64,000 nt of DNA from an uncultured Planctomycetaceae bacterium (GTDB lineage: Bacteria > Planctomycetota > Planctomycetia > Planctomycetales > Planctomycetaceae), in assembly GCA_963813715.1 (NCBI GenBank), contig CAWFAK010000005.1, positions 672,001 to 736,000 of the forward strand, written 5' to 3'. Of the stretch, positions 63,086 to 64,000 are shown piece after piece. The position numbers and the translations under genes were made by a program. Below the pieces are notes generated by a model. That model was not told the DNA's origin. It saw only the letters and a list, made by a program, of their open reading frames with translations, and ran no database searches. The stretch's first letter is position 1; each line of letters opens with the position of its first letter.

Positions 63086-63787
63086 ATGGGACAAAAGATC
63101 AATCCAACGGGCTACCGCATCGGCATCGTCGAGCCGTGGCGCAGCCGCTGGTACGCCGGCAAGAAAGACTTCGGCGATCTGTTGATCGAGGACTACAAGA
63201 TCCGCAACTTCGTGAAGACGAAGTATCAGTTCGCGGGCATTCCGAAGATCGAGATCGAGCGGACCCGTGACCAGGTCGTCGTGCATCTGTATACGGCCCG
63301 GCCGGGCATCATCATCGGCCGCAAGGGGCAGGAAGTCGACCGGTTGAAGGCCGAGCTCGAGGACCTGACCGGCCGGCGGATGGAGCTGAAGATCGTCGAA
63401 ATCAACAATCCGCACCGCAGCGCGGTCCTGGTGGCCGAGGATGTTGCCCAGCAGCTGATGAAGCGAGGCAGCTTCCGCCGGACGCTCAAGCGAACGCTCG
63501 ACCAGGTGATGGATGCCGGCGCGTTCGGAGTGAAGCTCGAGCTGTCGGGTCGGTTGGGCGGCGCGGAAATGTCGCGTCAAGAAAAAGCGAGTCGAGGTTC
63601 GATCCCCCTGTCGACGCTGCAGAGGCACATCGACTACGGCTTTGCCGTGTCGAAGACCTCCGTCGGGTCGATTGGCGTCAAGGTGTGGATCGATTTGGGT
63701 GATTACGCAACTGAGGAGTCCGGCGATGGCACTCATGCCAAAGCGGGTCAAGTACCGCAAAAGCCAAAGAGGGCGTATAAGAGGTAA
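63086..63787 (+). CDS. rpsC: 30S ribosomal protein S3
   Basis: [32 protein letters not shown]. Confidence 0.97.
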   Translation: MGQKINPTGYRIGIVEPWRSRWYAGKKDFGDLLIEDYKIRNFVKTKYQFAGIPKIEIERTRDQVVVHLYTARPGIIIGRKGQEVDRLKAELEDLTGRRMELKIVEINNPHRSAVLVAEDVAQQLMKRGSFRRTLKRTLDQVMDAGAFGVKLELSGRLGGAEMSRQEKASRGSIPLSTLQRHIDYGFAVSKTSVGSIGVKVWIDLGDYATEESGDGTHAKAGQVPQKPKRAYKR

Positions 63788-64000
63788 CGCCGTCCGTGGC
63801 AACAAGGTGTCCTTCGGCGACTTCGGACTGCAGTCGCTCGACGCGGGACACATTTCGGCGAATACCATCGAAGCCTGCCGCGTGGCCGCGAACCAATACA
63901 TTCGCGGTGAAGGGAAGCTCTACATCCGTATCTTCCCGCAAAAGTCGGTGACGGCACGCCCTCTGGAAACGCGAATGGGTCACGGCAAAGGCGAGCCCGA
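63726..64000 (+). CDS. rplP: 50S ribosomal protein L16 (runs off the window)
   Basis: [16 protein letters not shown]...IRIFP...RMGHGKG; absent from the ORF track because it has no stop in the window. Confidence 0.96.
   Translation, partial: MALMPKRVKYRKSQRGRIRGNAVRGNKVSFGDFGLQSLDAGHISANTIEACRVAANQYIRGEGKLYIRIFPQKSVTARPLETRMGHGKGEP

Overview
High-GC bacterial chromosome segment, almost certainly Planctomycetota (PVC-type heme-binding CxxCH protein, thioredoxin-trypsin fusion, YPYYT-type secreted proteins, planctomycete-like ribosomal proteins). It holds about 55 genes: SulP-carbonic anhydrase fusion, GT4, ECF sigma/anti-sigma, tryptophanase, tRNA-Asp(GTC), acyl-CoA dehydrogenase with hydroxyacid-oxoacid transhydrogenase, comF-DUF502-hemC, an S1 paralog, a molybdo-oxidoreductase, an esterase, a dihydroorotase-like enzyme, MMPL, Hsp70, ResB/CcsA cytochrome c maturation, two SDRs and the start of the S10 operon (rpsJ to partial rplP). 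About 16 genes carry single-base frameshifts, most likely long-read consensus errors, so many starts, ends and fusions are reconstructed by eye. Best leads: (1) a lidless Hsp70 paired with a membrane protein made of an HPD-less J-like domain and an MshEN domain; (2) a decayed ~870 bp integrative element at tRNA-Asp with a displaced att copy, an integrase relic and GNAT cargo; (3) two diverged GGGAC-rich non-coding elements 25 kb apart; (4) candidate structured RNAs between rpsJ and rplC, at 31.8 kb and at 33.0 kb; (5) a ~1590-aa PHP-hydrolase/dehydrogenase/cytochrome c fusion. No CRISPR array, rRNA or intact transposase/integrase was seen. Family assignments come from motif recognition; no searches were run.
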